Shown here in pieces: positions 50,123 through 64,000 of a DNA stretch of 64,000 nt. The notes below the pieces were generated by a model. That model had not been told where the DNA came from. It did no database searches and saw only the letters and a list, made by a program, of their open reading frames with translations. A program made the position numbers and the translations under genes. How positions within the stretch are numbered: position 1 is the stretch's first letter; every line of letters starts with the position of its first letter. This DNA comes from Amphiscolops sp. MND2022 (taxonomy: Eukaryota): the NCBI GenBank assembly GCA_964187785.1, contig OZ076413.1, positions 45,448,001 to 45,512,000 on the forward strand, given 5' to 3'.

Positions 50123-52302
50123 AAACAAACTACAACTCTACCTATAATTTGTACCCTAATCAAGTGTTTCCGTGCGCTCGTGAAACCTATAGCGAAATGA
50201 GTACTTAGTAAGGAGCAATTTTTCATGTTTTCCGCAATTTTTTTTCATGTTTTTCAAAAGAAGTACAGTGTACATTATTAGAACTAGCAACTCACCTCAA
50301 GGGAAATTCAAAAGATTCAATGTTTTTTACGCATTCAAATTGAAAGAAAACTACTGCTTTTACGAAGCCTTGGTTGTGTTGTTTGGCCTGAGAATAAATA
50401 ATCCTTTATGATTGCTACACAGTTTGAAATAGTTTAAGTTGGTTTTGTTCCAATTGACCTTTTTCAGATCTGAAAAAAAAATCATATACATGAGCACGCA
50501 AAGAGCGTCGACGCTTTTTCAGTATAATTTTTCTTTTTCATAAGCATAAAATTTTGATTTTTGGAAGACATTTCAAAATCAAATGCTACTTAGAATTTAG
50601 TTGGTCTTTTTTGTGGCTCTTGCGCTATAATCGTGTTAACTACTGGTTGGAGCCCTGCCGACGCCTCCAAAGCGATCATTATTTCAAACTCTCAGTGCTG
50701 AATCTTATTTCAACTGGAGACCAACCCTTTGGGCTTGAGAAGTCTTCTATTTTATGAAATTGAGTCTTTTAAATCCGACACTTCTAAAAAAACTCCCTAC
50801 TTGTCAATCTGAAAAGATGGAAAAGACTTAAGCAATCCCATTTTAATGAAATCCACAAAGTCACGGGCATCCCTTTTGTGAAATGAAAAAAAATGGGAAG
50901 AAAGTCGCACAGTGCCAAAACATCTACATACAGCTGCGTAATATAAACAAAAAGGAAACAAGAAGATGACCGTTTGGTTCTCTTAAGCGTATTGTAGATC
51001 TTAGAGATATTTTTGTCAATTCAAACAGGATTTCCAAAAAAACACAGACTAAAACTTCAAGCATACATTTTTGTAGCTCTGGATTTTTTCTAGAAACTTT
51101 CTAAAAACAATTTTGTCAGAAACTGACTCTTAAAAACGTTTCAGTAAAGTGAACGAAGAAAGAGTACAGCAGAAGGTTTCAGTTGTGATTAATTTTCTCT
51201 GAAAGTGGTGAGTCTTGACCAAAACATCAGTTGAGACTCCGGGCGACAACATTCACGGCTACGAAAAATTTTTATGAAAGTTGGGAACCATTGACTATTA
51301 CTTAAGTATTTGATGTAAACTGTCAAAAAGTGGTGCCACTTATTTTCAAAAAGTGATCTGATAGCAAAACTAAAAGCATCAACGAACTCGTTTGGGTTTT
51401 TTTGATCATCTTTTCCTGATGGTTTGATTCTAGTTTTATTTGGATGCATTGAATTGCTGAAAAATAAGACCTTGCTAAAATTGCATCGACACTTACTTTT
51501 GCGAACTCGTGGTTTTTGTACTATTTGGACGTTGAAAAATTTTGATTTTTCAGACTCAAGTTATCTGTTTAATATCTGAAACAAAATTGCTTTGAAAATC
51601 TTCACGCTTCTCACTCAATCAGATTTAGAATTTGAAAGCCAAAGTGAAAACTTCGGAAAATACTGTTAGCAATATTTTTTAAAAATTGGCGGCTGAAATT
51701 TTTTTAAAGCGTTCCGTGTTTTTCCTGTGAAAACTACGAAGCTTGTTGAATACTGTCAATTGTCAAAAAATTCAGAGCTGTAAGTATTCTAAACTTCTTT
51801 ATTAATACATGTAAACATCAGTCCAGGTTCATGTTTAAGCTTCAAATTCGACTGTCCTGAAGAACCTGCATTTCTAGGGCACTGTTAAAACTCTTTTTAA
51901 GCTATACCAACGTGAACCAACCCCCAAACGCACCTGAGCTACTTGTTTCTAGGGACTACTAAATCCAAACTTGGGTTATCGTGGCTCTTTGAAATTGAAT
52001 ATTCGTCGTCTCCATGAAATCATTGATTTTCTTTGACAATCTACAACAAAAAGATAAATCACCTGCTTTTTATATCTATCTGAAATCATTTTTGCAGGAT
52101 TTTGTTTTCGTCTGAGATACTGCTGTATTCACACTGTATCTCTTCAACAAAAATAGCATCGCTTTATAATGATCCAACATGCTACTTCATTGTTATTTTC
52201 CGCCCACATTTGTTGGGGGAGGAAAATCATAAATCTGCCAAGTCCCCACTTTTTTTACTACTTTTATTACTCCATCCAGTTAATACTAATTTGGATATTC
52301 TA

Positions 52303-52420
52303 GTCACCATGACGCAGTTGGTAGTGCGTCTGCCTGGCAGACACGAGGTCATGGGTTCGAACCCGTGCTGATGCGTTACATTTTTAGCGGAAAGCATCCC
52401 TTAGTAGGAGTCTTGTTGAA
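52303..52420 (+). mobile_element. tRNA-derived SINE-like sequence or tRNA pseudogene
   Basis: Box A-like TGACGCAGTTGG and box B GGTTCGAACC at tRNA-like spacing, no clean acceptor stem. Confidence 0.6.
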
Positions 52421-52858
52421 CTTCAACTGTTGATTAACTGTCAGTTTCCTCGAGTTTTGTTAAATACTATCTAAGTTAGTAGCACTCATTAAGATATCCA
52501 GACTCCAAAAGTCTGCTACATCAAAGTCAAAGAAAAAAGTTTATTTTCCCAAATTCAGCGGGGTGGACGCCGAATAGGCAGTGTGACAGGGCTCTGTCAA
52601 AAGAAGAAAACTCAAAAACAATTAATTAAAGACATATGAGTGACATAAACATTTAGCCAATTTGTACATTTATTCCAATACTTATTTGCAAATAATGTAC
52701 CAGCAAAACTATAGAGTTCCAACTCTAACTTTGGCTCAGTTGCCATATGGTCTTATACGAATAGAGTATTGCTTCCTGTCTTTTGACCTGAAACAAGATT
52801 CACAGTGAATACGACAATAAACATTAGTTATCCTTTCACGATAACCTAACTCTATAAC

Positions 52859-53056
52859 ATGGCGCTGCAAGGCGAACCACGAACCAGCTCTTCAATTGCT
52901 GGGTTACCTATTTACTGGCAGGAGGCAACAAAACCTCCAGAACTAGAATGGGAAAAATGGATGGAGTTATTCGAAGTCGCACTTATGGCCAAAAGCAACA
53001 TCTCGGTAGCAGAACTTAAAAAAACTACCGGAAATAAAGACAAAAGTCTCATGGGA
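52859..53056 (+). pseudogene. Truncated Gypsy gag N-terminus (different family)
   Basis: YWQEATKPPELEWEKWMELFEVALMAK resembles Gypsy Gag N-termini; similarity ends abruptly. Confidence 0.55.
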
Positions 53057-53199
53057 TTCCTATTTCCTAGGACCACAGACCACATTTGCAGCCCAATGGT
53101 CAAGCAATGGTCGAATTGAAGTTGTGGTTTAGAATAGACTTGCATGAGGTCACAGAAGTCTGAATTGCTCACTGTTTCTGTTTTTTTTTTACTTTTGGA

Positions 53200-53800
53200 T
53201 GTCCTTTTGTTTTAAAAAAAGTGGATGGCTATTCAAGAGAACAATAACAGTATGTGGAAACGGTATGAAATCAGATGTGGTTTTCCTCAGGACTCCATTT
53301 TGGGCTCTACTCTTCTCTAGATTATATCAATGAACTTCCAGAGCAATGTGAAAATAACAGACAAATTGTGCGGATGATGCGAGACTTGAATGAATACAGG
53401 TTTCGATTGTGAACGCTAATTGAATGATGACATGGAATCAAGAACCAAGTGGTTTCGAAAGACTCACCGTCAGTTAGCATAATAAAGTCGAAATACCTGA
53501 TTCCAGGACGAAGTTGCGGCCATGAGTTGAAACATTTGGAAGAACAAATTTGAACAAGAGTCCCACTGTAAAAACGTAGGAATCGATATCGGCTAAAACG
53601 TGTCCTTCAAATATCACATTAGTTTTCTTTCTAAGAAATTCAATGACTTTTGTGTGTTAATATTTTAGGTTTCGCAGTATGTATCCTAAAAGGTTCAACT
53701 GATGTGTTAGATTGCTTTTGGAGAGTCAATAATACAATATTGTATGATCTAGTGGTAAATGGAAGTGCCTTCAAAACTGAATTGAACCTGCGCAACGAAT
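53200..53800 (+). pseudogene. Degenerate LINE reverse transcriptase fragment
   Basis: CGFPQDSILG...YINELP...ADD resembles GVPQGSILGP..YINDLP..ADD; many stops; limits approximate. Confidence 0.65.
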
Positions 53801-55564
53801 AAATTTGATTTTTTGAAAACTAAGTATTTGACTCCTTAATCGAAATATATAGTACAAATGGTTCAGGTAACGTTTATAAAATGTTTCTTCATAAAGTTTT
53901 CCTTTAAGTTTTCAGACTAATTCGTTGCGAATCACCGAACAAGTTTTTGGTTTTAATGGTAACTTCTTTAATGGTAAAAGAAAAAGGCTACTGTCAGCAC
54001 TTTCAAGGATACCTATTCTTGAAGAGTAGCTTGAAAATTATCCCAATGAAGGCTTATATTTGTTTCAAAGAAGTTCGGGAAGCAAAAAAGTTGAAACGCA
54101 CCTGGGTCATATGGAAATCGATATCCTAGACGACAAGGAACATTTTGATGTTTTCTTTAATATTGTGCGACTTTTTTACCGACTTTAAAATGAACTTCCT
54201 TTCCTTTTGTAGCTCTCAAGGGAATAAGTTTTACAAGAGCTGTAATGCTCAGTTTTTGTCCCGTTTAGATGTAAATTCTCTAATACATTCTCTAACACAT
54301 ACTAAAAACTCGAAGTTGATTTCTATCCAAAAAAAAGGATTTTTGACCAGAACATCATCCAGTTGCTTGTTTTTTTTTTGAAAGAAACAGACGCTAGCGT
54401 ATCAAAAGTTAGTGACATTAACTGTTTAAAGTTGAAAAAACCAAATTTTTTTACATTTGGCAAAAAGTGGAATCGGTCAATGAAATCTGAAGGATCATTT
54501 GCTTCGCTCGTCAAATAAACTTTCGCATCGTTACGTACGACAACCGCGTTGCCACCAATTGGAACCAAGGTACAGTTTCCTGGACTTTATTAACCAAAAA
54601 TGTTCCAAACAAAACTTCATTGATGCATCTCATACTATGTATCTAGTTGCAGTTTAGCAACATATAAGAAAAAATCAAGGTTTTGAGATGAAATTCCATT
54701 TGCCAACGGTGCGCGTTTATCCGTTTTATTTTTAAAATTCTCATACCTAGCCTATAAATCTATTTAAACTACCCTGTGCGATCAATCAAAAATCACAGCA
54801 AAGTGGGTCATTCATTCCAGAATAAATCCGATAACCTGAAACACCACAACGGATATCACAAAATTGTCCAAACTTTATCATTGGAAGAAAGTGCAACGAC
54901 GAATCTGTTTCAAAGAAATCGAATAAGTTAAGTTGTTTTAGAATAATTTACTTCAAGCTATACAAACAATTCAAACTGGAATTTTTTGTTGTCCTCACTC
55001 TAAAAACATATTCCGAGGTGATATCTGTCTACCCACAACGGTGTTTCTTCTGATAAAACGATATCGACCGCAACGGATCGAATACTTTCCATAAAGAATG
55101 TTTTGAAGAACAGGGCATCTGATAAGACATTTCAATTGAGAACCGAAAATAGTGTGGTGACCTTTTCAGTTCATTATATACTGCAAATGTATCGTGATAC
55201 CGGAGATCGATTATTTCATGGGGAGTTATCAAAACTGATTTAAAAAACACCAAAAACATTTCAAAAAGTCCAGGGCTTTTCACAAAATTACATGAGTTTC
55301 CTTGATCAAGTGAAAAGATATTTGTTCAGCTACGGAAGTCAGTTTGATAGCCAAATGATGCTGCTATCCACCAGCAATAGGCGAAATAATCTAAAAATTA
55401 TAAAACATACACTACGGTAACAAATAGTTTCGAAGCGAGAAATCTTTTTATGCCGCGCATTTTAGTTGAACTACGGAGGTTCAAAACACTAAACCTCAGA
55501 ACATTGCCAAAACAAAAAGAAACAAAACTGACACCCACAACCTCGAAAACACACTTTGGCTATC

Positions 55565-55905
55565 TAGTGTTTTTCACTCAGATTTTTTTGGCATTATGAG
55601 ACTTTTTTTGAAATTTTTTGGATTGCACCAAAGGGTCCTCCTTCATTTGTTTCGATATTTTGCAACAGATGTCAAAACACCTCAAAGAGTCACCCCTTTT
55701 ACGATTTTGGCACTGTGACACTGTTCAAAAATCTCATTTTTAAATTTTTCTCGAAAATTTTTTGAAGTCTCCAAAGGGCCCCTCCTTCAATGTTTTTCAT
55801 ATTTTGCCCCTAACTGGAGTTCAAAAGTTTCACAAAGCCTAAAGGGTCCCTTTTTACAATTTTGAGCCTTAGATATAGCGGCGACTTTGGCCGTTCCCGG
55901 CTTGA
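55565..55905 (+). mobile_element. HINE/DINE-like element, copy 4 (left end unclear)
   Basis: Right end TTTTGAGCCTTAGATAT..CGACT..GCCGTTCCCGGCTTG; internal AAGGGTCC repeats. Confidence 0.6.
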
Positions 55906-58205
55906 TAATATACTCCTTTACAAAACATTCCCAAGGGCAAAAGTTACTTAAAGGGTTATACAAGCATATTTTTTGTTTTGAAATCGAATCAAATTATAAA
56001 TAGTTGTATCCCATTGTATTTCGAGGAATTTTGAAAAACCTTGAACTTTACTTAGCATTATCTCAGAAACTATTGATAGGAAGAAAAACCTCCCTCGATC
56101 ATTTTTGTAGCCCTTTACCGTTTATTTTTAGCAATCATTCTGAAAATAACGGAAACACTTGCAATTTTGTCAAAATAAATGAAGATTTCGCATTTTGTGA
56201 TCATTTTGCGGTGTAAGGAGGGCATTTCCAGGAAAGGGCTCTTTTGAAATCAGACTCAAAGTTACAAAGCTTGTATCGAATACTTTTCGTTAGAACAGAG
56301 GTTCGAAACTTCGAGAAAAACCCAAAAGTTGAAAATTTGCGAAGACTTTTGTTAGCTATTAGTTTTTGTAGTTTTTGTTGTAGTGTTTGTAGTATCTCAA
56401 CATAGGAAAAATCTCTGTAATTGTGATGGAAATTGGGCGAAATTGCTCCAATGACTTTTGTGTCTTTTGATTATGACAAATTTTTTGCGATTAGAGGTTT
56501 GAAAGCAGATGTAAAAAAAGGAAAACACAGAATTTCGTTTATTCACAGAACTTACGCAGAAATTATGAATTATAATTAAAGATGAAATTAAAGAAACTGG
56601 TAGTCCGTCCAATATTTCTTGTCAAATTCCGGTGTCTCAATTTGACGTAAAAATTTGTTTCTTTGTTTCGGAAAAAGTCTATGAATTTATTTTTGATAAT
56701 ATCATTTGTCCATTTTTTGTTTTCAATTCAGAAGGAAGGTTGTTCGACAAGGGAACAATTTTTTTGAAGAAGCTATTGCTCAAGTAGCTGCTATTAGTCA
56801 TTGAGTCATAAACCAACAATTTGACCTTTTGAGTACTTTGAGTTTGCCAATGTCATTACCTGATGTTGAAAGGCCGGTAATGAAATATTTTGATGTTTCC
56901 AGAAATAAAAGCTTTTTGTCTTTAGCTTTTTGGTACTCTAGTGTATCTTTTGAGTATTGAAAAGATGACCGCCCACTTTTGTGACCGCGAGTGACCCGAG
57001 ACTTAAGAAAAGCTCTACAATCTTATCGCTATTGTAATACGTACATGTATGGAGAAAAGGTTAATTTAATTTTTAAAAATGCAGGTATGCACCTACTGTA
57101 AATTTAATCCTTTTTGGAGAAAATTTTCAGCAAGTAGTCATTGAACGGAAAGTAATTAATATAGAACATTTTCTAGTGCTATTCCGGTCCAACATTCTAC
57201 AGATTCCTGACTGCTTAATTATTTATGGATAGTCAAGCAGTCAGTAATCTCTAGAATATGTACCGGCTTAGAAAGCAAATTTTTCAAGTGAAAAGACTAG
57301 CTTTTTAACACGAATTTCTTTGATTCAAAGCTATCAGCAACTTGTTCAGATTACACTGGATCAAAAAGACTAAATTGAAACATCAGACTCCTAAACAGTG
57401 AAACAATTGATAAAAAATTGTTTGTGACATTGTGGCTCAACAAAGTTGGAAAAGAAGAATTGAAAATCAAAGCTTTGCTCACAACCAGATTTGTTTAAAA
57501 ATGTTTGGGCATTAACTGTTTTTCGCTCGTCTGCATTTTTATTGTTGCGCCTTCTCTTCTGTTTTGAATTCCAACACTTGGGAAGACACACATTCCAAGA
57601 AGAAACACTGCGATTGGTTCCAGTTTTTTGGATAAAAAATTCAGAATTCGCATTTTTTCAATTTTTTTTCACAAACTAACGATGATTGGTCCTCTAGGGA
57701 GCTACTGAGGGGCAAAAAAGTATAGGAGTTAATAGAAAAAATTCTTTCAATATTTGTATTTATGGTGAGAATATTTCACTCAACTCGGTTTTCAAAGGAC
57801 CTTGAAGAGATTCTAAATGACAACTCCGAAGAAATGGGAACTTTCAGTGCGAGCTTCGATTCTTCGAATAACGAAAATACCCGCAACCGCTTCCATTACT
57901 CAACAGTAATAGCAAAGCGACGATCTCAAGTGGCTGGAAATTTGAAACTTAGCGGGGAAGACACTTTAGAAGAATTATTAGCTCGTGTTCAGGTATTTTT
58001 AAAGAAGTCAGAAAATTTACATCACATAATCGTATGATTTAGCGGTTGTTGTTGAGATCCCGGCTGTTCTCTTTTTGATCTCATCTCACCTACTTCTTCT
58101 GAGTATATTCTCATTGTTTTCAACTTTGGCAAGTGTCCACTGCCGGACGTGACAAATATAAACGACAGTTGATTTGACTATTGAGCCTAAGTAATGCATT
58201 TCGAT

Positions 58206-58556
58206 CAGGGGTGTTCAAAGGTTAATCGCAACTTTTTGTCCACCTTAAGAAAAAGCTGCAGTTTCAAATTTGCTGGTAAAATACGCTCACGAAAATCATT
58301 AAGAGCATATTCCCTTTCTGCTGTACGGGGGGGGGGTATAGTGAAAGAGATCCCTAAAATGTATCAGTTTTAGTGGCTAGCCATGGCTAGTTAAAACTAT
58401 TACATTTTAGGGATCCCTTTCACTAAGTCCCCCTACAGCAAAAGGGGAATATGCTCTTAATGATTTTCGCCAATTGCAATAATCGCCGATCAATTTCCTG
58501 TTTTGAATACCATGCGATCGATTAATCGAAGGCCGATTTACCTTTGAACATCCCTG
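58206..58556. mobile_element. hAT-type MITE
   Basis: ~23-bp TIRs CAGGG(G/A)TGTTCAAAGGT(T/A)AATCG and perfect 8-bp TSD ATTTCGAT (58198-58205, 58557-58564). Confidence 0.88.
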
Positions 58557-59735
58557 ATTTCGATACTTAGAGGCCCACTTTGTTTCAACAAAACGTTTTT
58601 AAGCTAAATATTCCCATTTTTGCTGATTTTCTTGATCAATTGCTGCAATCCTGAGTGAGTTTGCCGTTTTCTGGAAAGCCAACTCCCCCCCGCGTTTTTC
58701 GGCATTGCTATATTTTTTAATAGGAAGAAAGAAAAATATCAGTTTTACCATAGGAATTTGTTTCAATTGATACTTCTAACACTGTCTGCGAATAACGACT
58801 AGATGCCGGTGAAACCGGGGAACTTTATTCTACTTGTCCTAGAGATTAACGCAAGTTTGTATATAAAATGAGTAACTTCCTCTGCGTTTTGCAAGCGCAG
58901 AGAGCTACTCTGAGTTCTTCGGCACTGCGTGACTTTTTTTCGCAAAAATTGGAAAAATTTTCTGAAATTGAAAATTGTCAAAAATTACCAATTTTTGGAC
59001 GTGTTTCGAACTGAAAAAACCGTGTTTTGATTTTCAGGGGTGCTGCATAGTAATTTTCCCGTAGTGTGAGATTGACGAGTCTTATCAGTTTTCCATCAGC
59101 ATGTTCAGAAGACTTCGGTATTATAGAGCTTTCAGCTCGCCGCTGAAATTTGATCAAGATTTGAAAAGTCAAAATGTTTTCTCCACTATTTTGGGTTTTA
59201 CTGAAGTTGTAAATAACGGAAGAGTCCATTTCTTGAGATATTAAGTGAATCGAGGGGCACCGAAAGGCCCCCTTTGGCTCTTTTGCACATTATATCATTC
59301 TAAAAATCGGATGAAACCTTAGCAAATACACGTGAGGCTTTTCGGCACTTTGCGATTTTTACGAAACCAAAGTCCATCCACCAAGAGGTGTCTTATCTTC
59401 TCTTTTAACTTAAAAGGGTCACTTTTTGAGCATTTCAAGGCATTGTACACCTTTGATAAATTCTGTTTGTCGACAATCAGTCTTTGGCAAGAACTTTCCA
59501 AATTTAAACGCATTAAATACGGTTTCTGAAGAAACGCTTTTTACAAAAAAATTGTGCTTTGACTGAACTGGTGACGTCATACCCGAAGTTAATTTCATCT
59601 TGAACCCGCAGTGTCTCAAGAATCGCCAAGAACAAAGTAGCGTTGAACTCTAATAGACGTTGAATTAATGTGCGAATTTCACAATTTAAACTTCACAAAT
59701 GCTGAGCAGCGAGATATTTTCCGCTCAAACTGTTC

Positions 59736-62387
59736 TACAACGACAAATTTGAGGCTCAAAAAATCTAATGCACTAGGAGAATGCAAAGAATTTCGGAGAA
59801 AAAATTTTGTTTACTCTTAGGCTATTTTTAATGGTAACGCCTAAATTATTATTTCTGCGATAGAAGGAAAAATTTAGGAATCTGAAGGCGGCAACTTTTT
59901 TCAGCTGACTTCTCTTCGTGATCCGAGTACCTACTGAAAAACTCAGAAATTTGGTTCAGCAGTCACGATAACTCATTTCTCGTGCAGTGAAAATTATGCG
60001 CCGAATTCATTGAGAAGAAGCGAGTGAGTGTTCGGTGTTCGTGATTATACTTTCGTACGCAGAAGCCTTGAGATGGAGCGAATGAGTGTTAATTATTTGT
60101 TCAACGAGAGGTTCGCATGCTTTCAAATGCTAATGCGAAACTTCGTTTACGCTCAGAATTTTTATTTTCTTTAGTTTGAGAAGAATTAAAGGCCGTGTAA
60201 ACTGTTACAGTGATTATTGGTGCACTATATAATGATTTAACAGGAGTGTATAGTTAGTTGTTCCAGATTCTATTGATTCTATCCTTCTATTACTGAACAT
60301 GAAACCCTAAAAGTAGAAATATTACTGTTCGCCGCAACGGCTTTTTTAAACACGATAAATACCTCTTTGTTTTGTTGTTGAACTATTTAGATACGAGTAC
60401 CTGGCATACCAAAATTATGAGGCGGCGCTTTTCTTTAGGAAAAAGCGTCTATAGTCACGGCTTTTCGTCATTATTTTCCCCCTACACTTGATTTTTTGCG
60501 AATAGTTTCACCGTACAAGTAACTGCTCACTGCCACAATCCCTAAATTTTTCAAATTGCTTTTGTATCTTCCAAAACGCTTACTGGATATCGGGAATAAT
60601 CATTGCTGATTTTTAAAAATAATTATCTGCACGGAAGTTGCACAAAAATTATACAAAATCATGCATAAAGTAGTAAACTTGAAAATTCTGAGTTCTTATC
60701 ATACATATCAAACGAAGCTAAATTTATGTGAGTTGAATTCTGTGGGTGACACCCCGTAATTTGAATATAAATTTGCAGCTTGGCATATTTTGTATAAAAC
60801 AATTTGCCGTTTTCTAGTTTTAACAAATAACAGGAAAATGCGCTTGAAAAGAAAAAGTTAACTTTTTTTGTACTTATATTGGATCTCGCGAGAACGAAAG
60901 CAATATAATTTTTAAAAATTTCTATTGCCAAACTATATAGGCGCAAATGCACTACCTAAGTTTCAGATTTGTTCAAGACTTCTATAGTTCAAAAGATCTC
61001 GTTATTTTTCTTGGCAATAAATCAAGTTCTGAAGGTGTTTGGTTTTTTTCTGAAGACTTCTAGGTACAATATAAAAAAAACATCACAATGCCGCTTAATC
61101 GTTTGAATCTAAAGGCAATTTAGACGATTATGTTGAGCATAAATCCAGTTGCTTTTAGCAGTTACAGAGTTGTATGGTGTCGCAGGAATCCAGGCGAACA
61201 ATGTCAAGAGGAGACGGTGACAAGGTCTCACATTCGCCAATTTTGGGAACTGTGAGACAGATAAAAGTTTTCTCAGTAACTGTGTTTGATTATATCGGAA
61301 ACACTTTGCCTTTTGAGCTTTCAGCCGGCGCTGATTTGAGCCTTTCCCGGCTGTTTTTTCCAATAAAACGTTTCCACTTAATTTTTGCTCACTGTGATAA
61401 CGACAAACTGTGATACAACGACAAATTTGAGGCTCAAAAAATCTAATGCACTAGGAGAATGCAAAGAATTTCGGAGAAAAAATTTTGTTTACTCTTAGGC
61501 TATTTTTAAAAGTAACGCCTAAATTATTATTTCTGCGATAGAAGGAAAAATTTAGGAATCTGAAGGCGGCAACTTTTTTCAACTGACTTCTCTTTTTGAT
61601 CCGAGTACCTACTGAAAAACTCAGATATTTGGTTCAGCAGTCACGATAACTCATTTCTCGTGCAGTGAAACGAGCGAGTGTTAATTATGCGCCGAATTCA
61701 TTGAGAAGAAGCGAGTGAGTGTTCGGTGTTCGTGATTATACTTTCCTACGCAGAAGCCTTGAGATGGAGCGAATGAGTGTTAATTATTTGTTCAACGAGA
61801 GGTTCGCATGCTTTCAAATGCTAATGCGAAACTTCGTTTACGCTCAGAATTTTTATTTTCTTTAGTTTGAGAAGAATTAAAGGCCGTGTAAACTGTTACA
61901 GTGATTATTGGTGCACTATATAATGATTTAACAGGAGTGTATAGTTAGTTGTTCCAGATTCTATTGATTCTATCCTTCTTTTACTGAACATTAAACCCTA
62001 AAAGTAGAAATATTACTGTTCGCCGCAAGGGTTTTTTTGAACACGATAATACCTCTTTGTTTTGTTGTTCAACTATTTAGATACTTGTACCTAGCATACC
62101 AAAATTATGAGGCAGTGCTTTTCTTTAGGAAAAAGCGTCTATATTCAAGGCTTTTCGTCATTATTTTCCCCCTACACCTGATTTTTCGCGAATAGTTTCA
62201 CCGTACAAGTAACTGCTCACTGCCACAATCCCTAAATTTTTCAAATTGCTTTTGTATCTTCCAAAACGCTTACTGGATATCGGGAATAATCATTGCTGAT
62301 TTTTAAAAATAATTATCTGCACGGAAGTTGCACAAAAATTATACAAAATCATGCATAAAGTAGTAAACTTGAAAATTCTGAGTTCTT
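59736..62387 (+). repeat. ~960-bp direct duplication (59736-60697 and 61414-62387)
   Basis: Near-identical sequence with small indels. Confidence 0.92.
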
Positions 62388-64000
62388 TGCATACTTTGGG
62401 CCAATCTGAGGAAACTTTCTGTCATAGTAACTCCACCTTTCGATTTAGCATGCTTGCAGCGACTGTAGTTATACTCTTTGGAGCTTTTCGAAGCTTTCAT
62501 TGGACCAAAATTGTCTAATCTCAAGTAAAAAGTCATTAAAAGATCAGAAACGAACATGTTGACGTTTTCGACATTTGCGGACAGTTTTAAGCCATTCTCC
62601 AACTGACGCCTGCAAATACGTCCCTACAAAGCCTACTCGATTATAAGTTGTGGAATGTTTTCTAATATTCTGACGCCAAAACACTTCAAAAACTACACAT
62701 AATCTGCATAAACACGTGAAGATCTCAAACTTGAAGATCTTTTTTCCGACTCATTTCAAAACTGTTTTGAAGTAATTTTGAGGCCAAACCTGCAACGTTC
62801 TCTTCAATAACATTGTATATATTTTCGTTTTTTCTTGTTTCGGAATTTCTAACCCATAAAATTTCTAGGAAATTGTACGCAAATTGCAAAGAAACTTGAA
62901 AGTTTTTGACATTTTTGGGTCAATTCGAGACTTTTTTACAAACTGTATTTATCCCCTGACGCAAGCTTACTGAACCAACAATTCGACCATAGTTTAACAA
63001 TTTGAACTTTGTAATCTACAAAGTCTGACGGGTATCTGACAAAAAATGAATGAAAATGATAAAAAATGGAAAATTTTGGTACTTTTGTCTTTTTGGTGTC
63101 AATTCCAGGCATTATTTAAATAAAAACAGCATTTATCTTTTCACAAAGCCTACTGAACAACCAACTCATTCATTATTCACTATTTAAACGTTCCAATCCA
63201 CGAAATCTGTCAAAACGTTCACAAAAATTGCGTGAAAACTTTGGAAAATCATAATGTTTCTCATTTTTTGTCCTTTCCTTGTCAATTCGGGATACTTTTC
63301 ATTTAGAAAACCGCAATAATCATTCCGAAAAAGCCTACTGGACAACAAACTTTTTCATGGTTCATCCTTTCAAACATTTCAATTCACGAAGACTGTCGAA
63401 AATTTTGACAAAATTGCATAAAAATTTTGAAAATGAAGAAAATTTGGTCAATTCTAGGTATTTTTCATTTTGAAGACAGCAATTATTTCTTCCTAAAAGC
63501 CTTTTGGACAACGCATTCTTGCCTTGTTGAACGTTTCCAACATCCTTATTCACGATTTGTCTTTTAAGAGAAGACTATTGGACAATTTGGAATTTTTTTT
63601 ATATTGGGGTCATTTTGGGTCATTAAGGGGTCTCTTTCGTCATTCCCAAAAAAGTCCGAAATTCTTTACAAATACATATCAAACGAAGCTAAATTTATGT
63701 GAGTTGAATTCTATGGGTGACACCCCGTAATTTGAATATAAATTTGCAGCTTGGCAAGTTTTGTATAAAACAATTTGCCGTTTTCTAGTTTTAACAAATA
63801 ACAGGAAAATACGCTTGAAAAGAAAAAATTAACTTTTTTGTACTTATATTGGATCTCGCGAGAACGAAAGCAATATAATTTTTAAAAATTTCTATTGCCA
63901 AACTATATAGGCGCAAATGCACTACCTAAGTTTCAGATTTGTTTAAGACTTCTATAGTTCAAAAGATCTCGTTATTTTTCTTGGCAATAAATCAAGTTCT
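60701..64000 (+). repeat. At least 330-bp direct duplication (60701-61030 and 63672-64000, runs off the window)
   Basis: Near-identical sequence. Confidence 0.9.

Noticed and set aside
52303..52375. Functional tRNA gene
   Set aside because: Acceptor stem and anticodon loop do not form canonically; better explained as a SINE head or pseudogene.
54323..55283. Possible host exons on the minus strand
   Set aside because: No recognisable protein motif or consistent splice-phase chain could be established.

Overview
Repeat-rich, AT-rich eukaryotic DNA, probably from an invertebrate. It is dominated by two related ~15-16 kb Ty3/Gypsy LTR retrotransposons (PR-RT-RH-IN order). Element A (<1-15359, minus strand) is cut by the window edge and decaying. 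Element B (29933-45141, plus strand) has 1138-bp near-identical LTRs, a CCATA TSD and open gag and pol. Both share an unusual design. (1) Gag starts deep inside the LTR and reads through the PBS. (2) Gag and pol are joined by an A_AAA_AAC -1 frameshift site. (3) Between pol and the 3' LTR each carries a large ANTISENSE, multi-intron gene (~1,100-1,200 aa). The two genes are homologous, share three intron positions/phases, and look like a catalytically dead hAT-type transposase (zinc finger, degenerate RNase H core, dimerisation-like tail). Element A also has a sense ORF with tandem SUMO-interacting-like motifs that runs through the PPT into U3. The rest of the window holds Gag-bearing solo LTRs (one nested), a TGTAACG...CGTTACA family with apparent 3-bp TSDs, Helentron-like non-autonomous elements, a hAT MITE, LINE/Gypsy/SINE debris, local duplications and one probable host exon (synaptobrevin/VAMP). 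All family assignments come from motif recognition by eye; no searches were run.
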